From an uncultured delta proteobacterium (GTDB lineage: Bacteria; Desulfobacterota; Desulfomonilia; Desulfomonilales; Desulfomonilaceae): a DNA stretch of 64,000 bases. The notes under the pieces were generated by a model that saw only the letters and a list, made by a program, of their open reading frames with translations, did not search any database and was not told the DNA's origin. This document shows, one piece after another, positions 63,355 to 64,000 of the stretch. Each line of letters opens with the position of its first letter. The stretch's first letter is position 1. The position numbers and the translations under genes were made by a program. The stretch is from positions 992,001 to 1,056,000 of the forward strand of contig CAWBKB010000003.1 in NCBI GenBank assembly GCA_963789265.1. The letters are read 5' to 3'.

Positions 63355-63868
63355 ATGATCATGGACCACACGGAGCAAAGGACTTTCCATGACAGGCTTG
63401 GTACGCCGTTTACCGTGGTGAGTTGCGACGCAGGCGACTTTTGGCGCATCCTCGACATGTACAGACTCTTTTATGCCCGAAGCGGTTGCCCAGGGTCTCC
63501 CTCCGACAGACAAAGCGACACGACACATCTGGATACAAACTCTTCTCGAATCCGGCGAAAACTATGCTGCCATCATAGAGGGGAAGGTCGTGGGCCATTC
63601 GGCTATCTTGCCGAACAGAGAGACAAACGATGCTGAGTATGTGATTTTTGTGGGTGGACCTCACAGGAAGCGCGGCCTTGCGACGGTCCTCACCCAAATG
63701 GCAATTCAGCGCGCAAAAACACTGGGTTTGAAATCGGTCTGGCTCACCGTGGAGTCGGACAATTTCAAGGCCATAAGGCTGTATAAAAAAATGGGTTTTC
63801 AGTTTTGTGATGGAGGCCTGTCCGAGAGAAAAATGACATTGAGAATTGAGGGAAACGATGGCGCTTAA
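63355..63868 (+). CDS. GNAT-family acetyltransferase; frameshift near 63470
   Basis: MYRLF|MPEAVAQGLPP, FV...HRKRGLAT (motif A), N.KAIRLYKKMGF. Confidence 0.85.
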
Positions 63869-64000
63869 GGTTGGAGTTGTCAGGGATGATAGATACCTTG
63901 AGCACAGGACGGGCATTATTCATCCCGAGCATCCAAATCGGCTGAAGTACGTTTACAGTATGGTGGATGCGGAGTTTTCTCGGGAAGTGATCTATGTCAA
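63858..64000 (+). CDS. Zn-dependent histone deacetylase-family protein (5' part; runs off the window)
   Basis: MALKVGVVRDDRYLEHRTGIIHPEHPNRL matches the HDAC N-terminal H...HPE.P.RL motif; overlaps the GNAT stop. Confidence 0.75.
   Translation, partial: MALKVGVVRDDRYLEHRTGIIHPEHPNRLKYVYSMVDAEFSREVIYV

Overview
This is a ~50% GC chromosomal window whose gene content points to an anaerobic deltaproteobacterium (Desulfobacterota-type; inferred, not proven). 0.1-13.5 kb: a tandem-TetR regulator divergent from a complete class II (tungsten-dependent, ATP-independent) benzoyl-CoA reductase cluster, bamBCD-DUF3795-bamEFGHI. bamE and bamF each have an in-frame UGA at a conserved Cys position followed by a SECIS-like hairpin, so the ORF track splits two selenoproteins. 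13.8-30 kb: a TGS-less thrS with a long structured leader, nitroreductases, toxin-antitoxin modules, pxpABC, an OYE-family flavoenzyme with an atypical active site, an MFS transporter, hydrolases and a TetR. 30-48 kb: a mosaic surface-glycan region with an O-antigen-ligase/vWA fusion, a TPR protein, an EPS-type MarR, Wzx, methyltransferases, a B12 radical SAM enzyme, a GT4 and two sulfotransferases. It contains IS630 and IS21 remnants and a diverged internal duplication. 48-64 kb: a Tat-exported bicupin, a BchI/BchD-like AAA+ pair, a crotonase, a type IIG RM gene with remnants of deleted neighbours, RAYT with REPs, MNT-HEPN, and a degenerate acetyl-CoA synthetase-GNAT-deacetylase unit. About 13 single-base frameshifts, mostly in homopolymers, suggest uncorrected long-read errors. 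No rRNA, tRNA or CRISPR array was seen. All family calls come from motif recognition by eye; no searches were run.
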